Made by a program: the position numbers and the translations under genes. Below are positions 42,464-55,866 of a stretch of DNA of 64,000 bases, in pieces (positions within the stretch are counted from its first letter, which is position 1; each line of letters begins with the position of its first letter). Source of the DNA: Eledone cirrhosa (taxonomy: Eukaryota); contig OZ024762.1 of NCBI GenBank assembly GCA_964016885.1, forward strand, positions 11,098,001 to 11,162,000, in the 5' to 3' direction. The notes below the pieces were generated by a model, which was not told the DNA's origin, did no database searches, and saw nothing but the letters and a program-made list of their open reading frames with translations.

Positions 42464-42575
42464 ATTAACACTTAGAATTTAATATTCTATCATACTATTT
42501 CATTATAATACCATTATATATTTTAAAGGATTGTAAATAAAACGAGTAAATCAGACAAACTTGGAATTCCTCTTA

Positions 42576-42630
<55 letters not shown>

Positions 42631-43348
42631 ATATATATATGAAAAGAGGTTAAGTCTTGGAAGCCACCACAATGCACGTGGGGTTGTAAATATGTACGTA
42701 TGAGAAAAATCAATAAGACAAACAGAGGAAAATAATAAAAAATGGTATACTGGCCTATCACCTGATATCTTTGGTAGAGTGTCTTGAAGAGCCCCAAGCA
42801 TGACTAACTGAGCTCATGTATGTTATCCAGCGATCTTGTACGGTGTCAACTCCTGGGAATCCCGGCGCTTGGTTTTTTCCCATAAAATCTGTCCGGCCAT
42901 TCTTTCCTGAGACATTCTAATTACATTTCCGTAATATTAAAGCAACAACTTATTTTTATCTAAGAAAACAAAATAATGTATAATAAAAATATCTTCACCA
43001 TTTAATTTTTTAATTTTTTATTTTTTTTATTCCAGGTTGATCGACCCCAAAAAATCGGCACAAAATATACTAACTTCCGGTGATCATGTACTTCCGACGT
43101 AAACTACCGTTCAATCCGGTGGTAGTTTATACAGTTTAATCTGAATAGTAGAAACGTAGATAAGAATCGTTTAATTTTATTTAGTTTTATACCCTAATTA
43201 AAGAACTCTTTTGTGTGGAAGATCTTGCTAAAACCCACCGAGTGAATATCCAGAAAAAAAAAAATAATCAAAAATACAAAGATCTCCCCCTGAAAAAATA
43301 AAGCCAAAACCCAAACAAAGAGAAATTCTTTAATCTTTCTTTCAGAAA

Positions 43349-44875
43349 ATGTCCAAGTTTACCAAATTTATCAACCATTATTTCTCATGTCGATGGCGAC
43401 TGTGTTACGCCGGTTTTTTCGCCTTGCTTCTTATGCAGACGTTACGAGTAGATCTAAGTATGTCGTTTGTTTGTATGTTAAAAACACCGAATCGTACAAC
43501 TGATGTTGTCAGCCTTCCTAGTGACGATCAGCGCTGTTCTAATTCAGACAATCTTACAATAAACGGGCAAGATTTTGAAGGGGAATTTGAATGGAGTGAT
43601 ATTTTACAATCAAACATATTGGCTGGATATTACTATGGATATGTTGTAAGTAATCTCCTGGGCGGTGTATTGGCTGATAAATATGGAGGGAAGACAGTTA
43701 TGGGTAGTGTTATATTCTTGTCATCAGTTCTCACTCTTCTTCACCCAAGTTTGTCTCGAATAAGTGGTTACTTTACACTTGTTTTAAGAATATTAACAGG
43801 TCTGGTATCGGGTCCGATGTGCCCGGCGGTTTTATCATTATGGGGACGTTGGGCTCCACCACTAGAAAATAGCATATTGATAGGGTTTTCATTTTCTGGT
43901 TTATTAGTTGGCAGTATTTTATGCTTTTCAATATCTGGTTACCTTTGTGTGTACGGATTTGACAACGGGTGGGGTTCTATATTTTATATATTTGGTGGAA
44001 TATCGTTTCTGTTTAGTTTTGTATGGTTTTATGTTGTCTACGACACACCAGACCTCCATCCCACTATCAGTGAAGAAGAACATTCTTACTTAAACAGAAC
44101 TGTAAAATGTAAAAGTAAAGTTAAAAATATACCATGGAAGAAGATAATGAGTTCTTCCGCTGTTTGGGCTCTCATCATTGCTCACACATGTTATAACTGG
44201 ACAATTATTTCGTTCCAACTGGTTCTACCTTTGTATATGAAGGAAGCCTTGAACATCGACACAAAGTTTAATGGTTTAATGTCGTCAGTTCCGTGGGTTG
44301 GGGATGTCATAGCTGTACAGATCTCCGGAAGATTTGCTGATTTTTTGCGTTCGAAGGGTTACCTCTCAACACGGACAGTTCGAGTGTTTTTCCAGACGAT
44401 TTGTTTCCTCGGTTCAGCGTCCTTGCTTATTGTCATTGGATTTCTCAAGTGCGACCAGATCATACCGGCAGCTTTTCTATTCTTCTTCACTGGAGTTTGT
44501 TTAGCATTCTACATTGGAGGTTTTAACGTTAACCATGTTGATATTGCTCCCAGATACGCTGGGGTTTTGATCGGCATTACAAACACCTTTGCTTCCTTTC
44601 CAGGGTTCCTGGCTCCGATATCAAGCAAAGCTCTTACACCAAATGGCACTCGAGAAGAATGGCAGATAGCTTTATCTTTATGTGTCGTATTTTCTGTGCT
44701 TGGGACTATACTGTATGCGATAATGGCGAGTGGAGATGTAGAAGAGTGGGCTATATCTGACGAAGAATCAGTCATGGCGAGAAGAAATGTTCAAGAGTTG
44801 CTTATATCTGATGAAGGAAACGTTACATGTTCTTCGAATAAAGTCGGCTCTCTAAATAGAAAGGAATCCGGATAG
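43349..44875 (+). CDS. SLC17 sialin-like transporter, copy 3 (508 aa)
   Basis: Intact ORF. The 5' third is almost identical to copy 2. An acceptor-like tctttctttcag lies before the ATG. Confidence 0.93.
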   Translation: MSKFTKFINHYFSCRWRLCYAGFFALLLMQTLRVDLSMSFVCMLKTPNRTTDVVSLPSDDQRCSNSDNLTINGQDFEGEFEWSDILQSNILAGYYYGYVVSNLLGGVLADKYGGKTVMGSVIFLSSVLTLLHPSLSRISGYFTLVLRILTGLVSGPMCPAVLSLWGRWAPPLENSILIGFSFSGLLVGSILCFSISGYLCVYGFDNGWGSIFYIFGGISFLFSFVWFYVVYDTPDLHPTISEEEHSYLNRTVKCKSKVKNIPWKKIMSSSAVWALIIAHTCYNWTIISFQLVLPLYMKEALNIDTKFNGLMSSVPWVGDVIAVQISGRFADFLRSKGYLSTRTVRVFFQTICFLGSASLLIVIGFLKCDQIIPAAFLFFFTGVCLAFYIGGFNVNHVDIAPRYAGVLIGITNTFASFPGFLAPISSKALTPNGTREEWQIALSLCVVFSVLGTILYAIMASGDVEEWAISDEESVMARRNVQELLISDEGNVTCSSNKVGSLNRKESG

Positions 44876-45260
44876 TTGGTAATTTCCACGTTATATACTC
44901 ACGTTAGAAACCTCGTGATAACATCTTGTTTTCATGGTTACAATGCATCAATATCTTATCAATTAAAGCTTTGATTAATATTATTACACTTGTCAGTATT
45001 ATTATATAACATTGCAGATATGTATAGCTACCATGAGGCGCTCATAAATCCGCCTCAACAGACCCACACATATGCGCGCGCATGCATACTCACGCCATAT
45101 ATAGTCACCGAGAAGGTCGCAGAATGTGTGACGAAAGAGCTTTAACAATATATAAACAACCTTCCGGTTATCGAACCAACCAACCAACCGGAAATTTATA
45201 ATAAATTGAAGTGAAAACCAACAGCTGTGTTTTTATTGGCAGCATGGCCCTCCCAAAGTA

Positions 45261-45324
<64 letters not shown>

Positions 45325-45562
45325 GGTTGTTTCTGCTTTAGGCACAAGGCTAGCAATTTCTGGGGGGAGGGGAAAGTCTAGTAAATCGACTCCAGTGCAT
45401 TACTGGTACTTTATTTTAACGACCCAGTTCGGATCTAGCTGCTGAAAAAGCAGGAGCTCAGCCGGCGGTGTCCAGAATCCTTCATATTACCCACTCTACT
45501 ACCCCAAGTATTGAGTACTTTGGTGAGTAATGGTCAAACTGGTTTTTACTGCATCCATTCTG

Positions 45563-45607
<45 letters not shown>

Positions 45608-45882
45608 AAGTTTTATTTAAATTGTTGGGTTACAACGAGTAAATATTTATAACTGATATAAAAGCACTCAATGAATTTCTTCTCTCTATCTATCTCTCTA
45701 TATCTATCTCTCTCTGTTTTTCGTTGCATGCATTTCTTCTTTTTCTTCGCTTTCTTGCTTTCTTTCTTTTCTTTTTTCTCTATAACTGTCCCTAACATTT
45801 TTCACTACCAAATCAACTTTTTAAATGGAAGTTGAAGTGTAAGGTATGTCAAATCTATCTATTTATAAGACTGTTTATATTG

Positions 45883-45948
45883 TATTTTGTCTGATGAAGG
45901 CATACCATATTTTTGATATGATATCCCTGAAATATGTATAATGAAATA
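45883..45948 (+). ncRNA. Type I hammerhead ribozyme motif (family A)
   Basis: tattttgt-CTGATGA-agg..cct-GAAA-TATGTA-TA|-atgaaata. Confidence 0.75.
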
Positions 45949-45988
45949 AATATGGTTTTATAAATATAGTTTCCATTTATTTAATAGC

Positions 45989-46043
<55 letters not shown>

Positions 46044-46482
46044 TAACAGATTAAAGCTTAAGCAAAGAATCGGTGCTTTCACCCTTAACGGGATCTTCTG
46101 AAACTAACAAAGTCAATCTGTAAACGCAGAAGTGGATATTTCAAAAAACGTTGCAACCGGAGGAAGACAGGAAGACGATACTTTGGTTCGTGGAAATGTT
46201 CCCTGGCAAAGAACGGGAAAAAACGAATATAATACGTCATTAATAGGAGCGGTGAAAAACAATTACACGCAAAGACAGAACCACGTTTATGGTATAAAAG
46301 AAGTCGTAGACTAATGTTTTCTTAGGTGGTTCATAGAGACGTTCTCTGGCAATGAACGAAAAAAAAACGAAGATAATACGTCATATGTGGAGCCTAGAGA
46401 ACAATTGCACACACATACATACATACATACATACATACATACATACATACAAGACACGTACATACATACATACATACATACA

Positions 46483-46513
<31 letters not shown>

Positions 46514-47346
46514 GATTTACGGACAAAAAGCGCAGCACCCTAATTCATAGTCTACAAATGACTGCGATAGCTGGCACCTTCAAAATTTGCAAAACATTCT
46601 TGCGATTCAAGGGATGACAATTTCTTTTCTTTTACAACCTTGCCACCAGGAAGGTGGCCGGTCAAAAAAAATGTACTCGAAATTAAGAGAAAGAGATAAA
46701 CATACAAGACACGTACATACATATATATACTTACATACATACATGTACATACATACATATACTTACATACATATATACATACATACGTGTACTTACACGT
46801 ACATACTCATGCGCGTATGCAGATGAGGCCGTATTGATAGATAATTGTTGGCTTGTCAGATGAGATATAAGAACGGCCAGCCAATCACATTTACCAAATC
46901 TCTGCTTGTAGTAGGTCAAATTTCAGGTAATATCTTCTTCCGTCCCAAATCATCTATCTCCAACCTCGATAACTGAACACGCCATAGCGCCATATGAGCG
47001 CCGAAGTGCTACACGGCCCCTTCTAGGACCTTTAAAATCTGGCGGAGCCCTTCATTCTCCGAGTATGAGCGCAGCCTGATTGTTTTCAGAGATTGAGAAG
47101 ATACAGAGAATGTGAGAATGTGTGTATGCGTGTGGGTATGTGTGTGTATGTGTGTGTGTGTGTGTGTGAAAGATAGAGAGTTGGAGAGAGTCAGAGAGAG
47201 AGAAAGAAAGAGACAACGAAAGAACGAGAGAGAAAGAAAGAGACAACGAAAGAACGAGAGAGAAAGAGAGACATAGGAAGAAAGAGAGATAGGAGAAAAA
47301 GAAAAAAGAGAAGAAGACAAATCGGAGAAAGAGAGAGAGAGAGGGG

Positions 47347-47398
<52 letters not shown>

Positions 47399-47763
47399 AG
47401 AGTGAAAGAGAGAGAGAGAAAGAGAGAGAAAAGAGTGGGAAAAAGAAAGAGGGAGATAGAGAAGAGAGAGAGATGAGATTGGTACATTTTAATATTTCAA
47501 CGTCGAAAGAATACTAGACAAAATGGAGATCAACGGGATTTGAACCTGGCACAGAGAGCTGAAATGGGGAAAGGCTGATGTATGATGCATTGCTTAAATA
47601 GATTGTCATCCAATACATATAAGCTATTGGATGACAAGAGAAGACTCTGTTAAGGAGGAAGACCTACTTAACGAAATCAGCTCTTGTTATGTAACATAGG
47701 CTGTCGTAAAACGATCGTTTCTAAAACAAGATCTGGTGAGTATTGAGAACCATACAGGCATAG

Positions 47764-47798
<35 letters not shown>

Positions 47799-47924
47799 TC
47801 TCTCCCTAACACTCTCATTCTACACACACACACACATATATATATATAGAGAGAGCGTGAACATAATAAACCTTTATGTGTCTGCTTCTCTGTTTTGTTC
47901 CCGTCTAAATTTGCACTATATATT

Positions 47925-47956
<32 letters not shown>

Positions 47957-48131
47957 TATTAAAATAACAGATTAAAGTTTAAGCAAAGAATCGCTGCTTT
48001 CACCCTTAACGGGATCTTCAAATTTATTATTATTACTATATATATATATGTATATATATATATATGTATATTTATTAAAATAACAGATTAAAGTTTAAGC
48101 AAAGAATCGCTGCTTTCACCCTTAACGGGAT

Positions 48132-48182
48132 AGTTTCAGAAGATCCCGTTAAGGGTGAAAGCAGCGATTCTTTGCTTAAACT
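48132..48182 (+). ncRNA. Hammerhead-like motif with core CAGAAGA
   Basis: agttt-CAGAAGA-tccc gttaa gggt-GAAA-gca gcgattctt tgc-TT|-aaact. The same variant core occurs at 46055-46105 (minus). It lies in fold-back 48068-48291 with an ~85-nt tail. Confidence 0.55.
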
Positions 48183-48317
48183 TTAATCTGTTATTTTAAT
48201 AAATATTTGCTCTACGGTTCTTATATATTTGATATATATTTTCCTTATCGAGCCCTCTTTGGATTTTAGTCTTCAATTTTATTATTATTACTATATATAT
48301 GTATATATATATGTATG

Positions 48318-48396
<79 letters not shown>

Positions 48397-49198
48397 AAAG
48401 GAATGATCGACTTTCGTCAAATCGGACCGAGGAAACAATGTTTCCGTTGGTCTTTCCAATTGCTAATACTATCTATCAGGTCGCAACTCCAGGTAGAAGG
48501 AGCAACGGGAAATAAAGTGTCTTACTCAAGGACATAAAGCATCGCCTGGTCCTGGAATCGAACTCACAACCTCACGAATCCAATTCTCTAACCACTCAGC
48601 CACACGCCTTCACTTGATATATATATATATATATATATATATATCTGTCTGTCTGTCTGTCTGTTTGTCGACTTTTATCTCTCTCCCTCTTTCTCACGGT
48701 GTGTGTGTGAGCGTGTGTGTGTGTATTTATATATATATATTAATAAAAGGAATTCCAACTTTGTCTGATTTACTCGTTTTATTTACAATCCTTTAAAATT
48801 TATAATGGTATTAGAATGAAATAGTATGGTAGAATATTAAATGTTAAGGGTTAATTGAACAAGAACTTTCATGCTTTCGCAATTTTCAGGTTCATAATGT
48901 GTGGTGACAGTCAAGTTTGCAATTTTCAACTATTTCATTATAATACCATTATAAATTTTAAAGGATTGTAAATAAAACGAGTAAATCAGACAAAGTTGGA
49001 ATTCCTTTTATTAATATAATCTTCTATACACAATCATACACACCCGTGTATATTTATCTATCTCACTCTCTCTCTCTATATATATATATAACAAAGGAAT
49101 TTGGGTAAGGAACCAGATGTATATACATGCATAACAAAGGAATTGTGGTAAGGAACCAGATATATATACATACACACACACAAGCACACACGCACGCA

Positions 49199-49241
<43 letters not shown>

Positions 49242-49249
49242 AGACACAG

Positions 49250-49285
<36 letters not shown>

Positions 49286-49633
49286 ACGCACACACACATA
49301 TGTATATATATTAGACAGTGAAATAGAGCTTCCACTGTATTTTTGACTAAGCAAATTAGTGTATTGGTGTAAATGGAGACGTATTGGTGAAAATGGTTAA
49401 GACAGTGGTCTTGATAGCCTAAAATGTGAGTTCGTATCCCATGTACATCAATGATCATCCTTTTTCCAATCTGGGGGTTTTTATAACTCCAACCATTAGG
49501 CTATTTTACTTCGTCAAAAATACAGCGAACGCGCCAGTTCACAATCTATTCAATTTCTCCGCTGCTTGTAAACAGAGTTAATTTTCAAACAAAGCTAAGC
49601 TCTCTAGCTTATATATATATATATATATATATA

Positions 49634-49665
<32 letters not shown>

Positions 49666-49927
49666 CCAAGGCACTGAATATATGTTATAGCTTTCAACAC
49701 TCGATTTCATATAAAAAACCTTGCAAAACAAATACATCGCCGCTATATATATATATAGTAATAATAATCAATTTGAAGACTAAAATCCAAAGAGGACTCG
49801 ATAAGGATAAATATATATCAAATATATAAGAATCGTAGAGCAAATATTTATCTAATATCTATTATTGCGTTAAGGGTGAAAGCAGCGATTCTTTGCTTAA
49901 ACTTTAATCTGTTATTTTAATAAATAA

Positions 49928-49975
<48 letters not shown>

Positions 49976-49998
49976 GTGTGTATATATATAGATATATA

Positions 49999-50286
49999 CA
50001 GGGGCCTCGTTTGCCTTAAAAATGTGAGAGGGACAAACCAACATTTGTTGATTCTTAAAGGAGCATAAATTACTTATGGTGCCTTTCCCGGACCCTATCA
50101 CATAAGTAAAATTTTACGCTAATTAAATTTTAGATATTCAAATGAAGTTCAGATATAAAAAAAAGCTTAAAAAGAATTTATTATATCAAATGAAAATAAA
50201 AAAAATAAAATATAGACGTTTGAAAAAGTGTGTGTGTGTGGGGGGGGGGACTTGCCCCCTGATACACCTCTGAAACAAGACCCTTG
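49999..50286. mobile_element. TA-flanked MITE; second copy at ~19905-20360 with its right end reiterated about 4 times
   Basis: Imperfect TIRs caggggcctcgttt / aaacaagacccttg. Internal sequence nearly identical to 19907-20130. Confidence 0.6.
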
Positions 50287-50330
50287 TATATATATATATA
50301 TATATACTATGTATATACTATGTATATATA

Positions 50331-51627
50331 CGAGGGGGATCAAAAAGTTCGCGGAATTTTTCAGAAAATATTCTATTTTATCAAAAAATATGATTTACCT
50401 TCAATTTATTTTTCTACATAGTTGCCATCCAGGTCAATACACTTCACAAGGCGATGCTTCCAGCTTCGAGAGCCGTCTCTAAAGAAAGTTGAAGGCCTTG
50501 TTCGAAGCCATGTGTTGGCAGTGTTTTTAGCTTCTTCAATACCACTAAAACGGGTTCCTTTTAGAATTTCTTTGAGTTTTGGAAAGAGGAAAAAGTCTGA
50601 TAGGGCTAAATCTGGACTATAAGGCGGGTGAGGAAGCACTTCCCATCGAAATTCTCGAAGAACTTCTTTTGCAACCCGCGCAGAATGCGCTGGTGCATTG
50701 TCATTGTCAAACAAGATCCCACCATGAAGTTTCCCTTTTCGTTTCTTGACTAATGCCTCTTTCAGTTTCCTTAAAACATTTGCATAGTAAGCTCCTGTCA
50801 CAGTTCTTTGACCTTCAAGATAATCTATTAGTATCACCCCATCTGAATCCCAGAAAATGGTGGCCATCACTTTTTTATCCGACTTTTGAGATTTGAACTT
50901 GATTGGCCCCGATGATCCACGCGGAAGCCACTGTTTTGACTGCTGTTTGGATTTACGGATCATACTGGTAGATCCAGGTTTCATCTCCGGTGATGATTCT
51001 GGTCAGGAAATGCTCTTCATCAACTTCAATTTTGTTTAATATCGCCAAAGACAGATCACTTCGAAGAATCAGCTGATCAGGGCACAACGCTTTTGGGACC
51101 CATCACACTGAAAGCTTGCTTAGTCCCAAATTATCGTGCAGAATTGAATTTGCCGAACCATATGAAATGTCGAGGGACTTAGCTAACTGATTAACTGTTA
51201 TTCTTCGATCTTCTTCAATAAAAGTCTGAGCACCCTCAACGTTTGGTCATTTTTTGATGTTCCTAGTCTTCCACTGCGATGGTCGTCTTCAAGGTCGTCT
51301 CTCCCTTGTTTGAATCGCTGAATCCACTTGTAGACAGCAGTTTTCTTTGGAGCAGTAGTACCGTAAAGCATCCATAATCTGTGTCCCTTTCCATTTGAGT
51401 TTCACCAGAAACTTGATATTCGATCTTATCTCAAAATAACTATTTTCCATTGTTCCAAAAAGAGGTTTTTTAAAGAGTGTCAGTACTGTACAATAGTCCG
51501 CGCATGACTGACTGCAAGTGACTGCAAGGTAAACACCCAGTGTCAATGTTCTGACATGTTTAATATTGTTTTAAACTATTTTTTTCTTACTACGATAAAA
51601 TTCCGCGAACTTTTTGATCCGCCCTCG
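50331..51627 (-). mobile_element. Full-length mariner DNA transposon (irritans-subfamily-like TIRs)
   Basis: ~30-bp TIRs cgaggg(c)ggatcaaaaagttcgcggaatttt, TA on both sides, ~1.3 kb. Confidence 0.92.
50406..51450 (-). pseudogene. Frameshifted mariner (DD34D) transposase
   Basis: Fragments in different frames: MENSYFEIRSNIKF..., WVPKAL, TGDETWI, DNAPAH, HPPYSPDLALSDF, with frameshifts and stops. Confidence 0.9.
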
Positions 51628-51667
51628 TATATATATATATACTATGTATATACTATGTATAGACCCT

Positions 51668-51738
<71 letters not shown>

Positions 51739-51770
51739 TATGTATATACTATGTATATATATATATATAT

Positions 51771-51964
51771 AACGAAGGAAATGTGGTAAGGAACCAGGTG
51801 GACCATAACGCACCAAAGTACTCAATACTTAGGGTAGTAGAGTGGGTAATAGGAACGAGTAGGGCCCCGACGGCTGAGCTCAAGCCGTTTCGACGGCTAA
51901 TTCTGGATTGAATTAGCCGTTGAAACGGCTTGAGCTCAGCCGTCAGGGTCCTACTCGTTCCTAT
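51771..51964. mobile_element. Family C fold-back element
   Basis: Arms ~51849-51905 and 51910-51964, ~78-nt tail, (TA)n flanks. Confidence 0.7.
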
Positions 51965-52172
51965 ATATATATATATATTTATATAAAAAACATGAGAAGA
52001 GAGAAGAATACTGCGTGGTTGCACATGGGTTACATATGATAAAAATAGTCCTTCGTCAGTGATTTTCCAACCATCATTGGTATTTCATCGCATTAAAAAT
52101 CACTTTTTTTTGTTCCATATATATATATGTATATAGTAAGTATATATATATATATATATATTTATATATTTG

Positions 52173-52242
<70 letters not shown>

Positions 52243-52821
52243 TGTAGGTCGACTTTGCTTGGCTGCAGCCAAAGCTTCGATTTTGTTAAGCTTCCATTTG
52301 TATATATATATATAAACTATAATAAAGTAAGGAGCGTGGCACTGCGTACAGTTTATAATTTTTTTATCCCATTAGTAAAATAAGTTGGATAATTTGAATA
52401 AATAATTAATGAATATTACTTAATTTATCTACTAAATTTCGTGGCTGTTGATTAAATATACTTTATTGTTTATTTAAAGATTCACTTCTTTAAAATTTTC
52501 AAATGTCAACACTTCCAGTTAGCGATCGCCTAAATAAAAATACATATATTTCCGTCACTAATTTTCTCCTAATGCAGTTTATATATAATATCGTCTTTTT
52601 TTAATGTATCATGGATTACTTTACTGATTACATAAGACAGTGTAACGCAGTCTTTGTTCACTTTCTGTGTATATTGTCAATTACGATTTTATTTGATGTA
52701 TCATATCTACATGTATATATACCTGCGTATAATATCAATATACACACTACACATGCTAGCAGAAAAAAACCACGCAAAGGGTGGATTTTCTGCTAGTATA
52801 TATATGCGGGAATGCGTATAC

Positions 52822-52852
<31 letters not shown>

Positions 52853-52988
52853 AATATTAGTGACTGCTAATACACTCCATTGCTAGTAAGGATTCCTCGC
52901 AATCGTTCAAGTGTTGTTCTTAGCGTTCCTACAGTTTTTCCCTCGCTGACTGATGAATCACGCATAGCATTTATTCACCGTTACACAA

Positions 52989-53113
<125 letters not shown>

Positions 53114-53435
53114 CTAAATATATAATAATTGCTTCTACTTTTTGGCACAAGGCCAACAATTATCCCAGTGCATTACTGTTAACCTCGGCGGGATTTGAAC
53201 TCAGAATGGCAAGGGCCGTAACTCTATGCGTCAAAGCATAGTGTCCGACCCTTTACCGATACTGCCAATCCACCGCATAATAATAAGGAGTTGACGGACC
53301 CAGCATATTTATTTATCAATGCCAGGACCGGTTGTATCTCAGCGTACTCAATAGGTAATGAAGGATACATTCCCAGAGTATACACATAGTTATTCGCTTC
53401 AATACAACACACGTAAACGGGTGCCTATAATAGTT

Positions 53436-53546
53436 CCCGGTCTCCAGTTTCGGCCATACTTAATGCAGCAGTAGGGTGCATTGCACCCTCTGTCTGCATA
53501 TATTATGCAACAATGCATAATCGGCGTATGTGGCCTCATCAGCGGA
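53436..53546 (-). ncRNA. Hammerhead motif with large stem II insertion and mutated cleavage triplet
   Basis: Minus strand: tccg-CTGATGA-GGCCacatac...gtatGGCC-GAAA-ctggag-AC-cggg. Internal hairpins (attatgca/tgcataat; agggtgca/tgcaccct). Confidence 0.55.
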
Positions 53547-54169
53547 TATCGCCTAATCAATAACCAATCGATCGACAGAATCGAAACCCCAGCCCATGTC
53601 GGCTATGTTCGTTTGTGACGGACGACACAATAAAGTGATTAGTAACTGGAATCTGATACAATTCCGTCCACCGACCAGTCACCGATTTACAAACTTTACC
53701 TGGTGGCGGGAGAATAGAAAACAAATATTTTCGTTCCCTTCAAAAGCCCTCGGTCAACGTGTCTCAAACACAAATCAATAAGTGAAAAGATAGTTATTAG
53801 AAAGAGCAGTATATAAATAAAAACATATCGAAGGAATCAAAATACAGAAGAAATAAAATCCAGATCAAGGTGTAGCAAATAAACAATAGATAACACGGTT
53901 AGAGATCGCACGCCAGGCGCTCGAGTCGATCAGCCTTCCTAGAATGCTTGGAAAAATAAATTTCCCCTTCTTTCGGTTGCAAGCCCAAAGCTCTATCCAC
54001 TAAGCAATGCGCCTTTACTCGAGTGAATAAACTAGAGCAATGTAAAATAAAGTGTCTTGCTCAACGACACAATGCATCACCCGGTCTGAGAATGAAACTC
54101 ACAAATCAAAATGGAATTACAGATGAGGAAAAACTTTTTACAACTGGCAGAGAAAGAGACAATAATAAT

Positions 54170-55180
54170 AATTGTTTCTACTTTTGGCACAAGGCCAGCA
54201 ATTATCCCAGTACGTTACTGGTACTATATTTTATCGACCCCGTAAGGATGAAAGGCAAACTTAACCTCGGCGGGATTTGAATGCAGGTCGTAAAGGGGCG
54301 TAACTCTATGTTGCAATAATAATGTTTTCTGATTTAGGCACAAGGCCAGCAAACATGGGGGGAAGGGAAAGTCAATTAAATTGACCCCAGTGTGTTACTG
54401 GTACTTTATTTTATCGACCTCGTAAGGATGAAAGGCAAAGTTAACCTCGGCGGGATTTGAACTCAGGCCGTAAAAGGACGTAACTCTATGCTGCAATAAT
54501 AATAATAATGGTTTCTGAGGGTCAAGCTGCCACTTAAAACGGACCGCCGCGAGTGGTTTAATTAGCAACCTAAAATATTCTGAATACAGAGTTTAACCTA
54601 CACAACTGTGTATGTTAAAAAGTCTTAATTGTGAGAATTCAGAAAATGATACTGAAATATTATCTTAAGACGAATTAACATATCGTTCGTTATCTTTAAA
54701 ACATGAAATGCTAAGTCATGTATTTTATATTTAATGTCACTTTGACTTTATCAGTTATATGTTATCAACAGATGTAATTTTACCATCAAATTATATAATT
54801 GTTTCTATTTTTGGCACAAGGCCAGCAATTACCCAGTGCATTACTGGTACTTTATTTTATCGCCCCCGTAAGGCTGAAAGGCAAAGTTAACCTCGGCGGG
54901 ATTTGAACTCAGACCATAAAGGGACGTAACTATGCTGGAAAGCATGGCGTCTGACCCTCTACCGATACTGCCAATCCACCATCTAAGGGTGGTGGATTGG
55001 CAGTATCGGTAGAGGGTCGGACGCCATGCTTTGACGCATAGAGTTACGGCCCTTTCCATTCTGAGTTCAAATCCCGCCGAGATTAACTTTGCCTTTCATC
55101 CTTACGGGGTCGATAAAGATAAAGTACCAGTAATGCACTGGGTATTTGCTGGTCTTGTGCCAAAAGTAGAAACAATTATT
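54170..55180. mobile_element. Family 1 SINE cluster including a head-to-head pair (54797-54980 -, 54990-55180 +)
   Basis: Junction ccaatccacc-atctaagggt-ggtggattgg. Confidence 0.82.
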
Positions 55181-55866
55181 ATGTGATATAAAACTTACTA
55201 ATGCATTTACGTATCCGCTATGTTAGAGCGAAAGTAATTTCTTTTTATATTAACTAATATTGATTTCTTATATTGGTACAGGGTCACACGTCACGGAATC
55301 ATTCGACGAATTCTGACCTGAACTAAGAACCTAAAGAGACTTTACTCCTGTTTACCGATATTAGAAAGTGACAAGGAATTGAAAGATCTGATGTTATTGC
55401 CTTCTCTCAAACATTACAGTTTACAACAGAACCTAATAATTTCTATTCTCTGTACCTTGCAGTCACAACTCAACACTATCACCGTCATTGGTTGAATTCT
55501 TGATTAGATCACCTTACCAAAAGATTATCGCTCTGTTTCAGAATTATTGGTAAAAGACGTTCATGATTATAAATTGTACCAATGTCCAGTAAAATATAAA
55601 TGTGCCAAACACATCCTGACTATAATTTTGAAAGACTACAACTCATTCAAATAGATATACACTGTAGAGACCAAACAAACATTTTATCTAATTAAACCAT
55701 GATAAAGAAATCGACAGATTTACCAGAAAAAAGAAATACTTTATTAATCTGCTGCAGTTGTCTTTAGTTTTTGTTTAAATTTACAGAACTTACATCACCC
55801 GTGTATGAATATATCGTCTGATTCTAAATATCAAGGACATTGTAATAAACATTAGAAGTATACAAA

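Noticed and set aside
44805-44840. ctgatgaaggaaacgtt resembling a hammerhead core in the copy 3 C-terminus
   Set aside because: No stem II between the core halves and no stem I. It lies in coding sequence.
49375-49445. tRNA-like sequence (A/B-box-like) between short inverted repeats
   Set aside because: No complete cloverleaf. Probably a decayed SINE head, like the other tRNA-like heads in the window.
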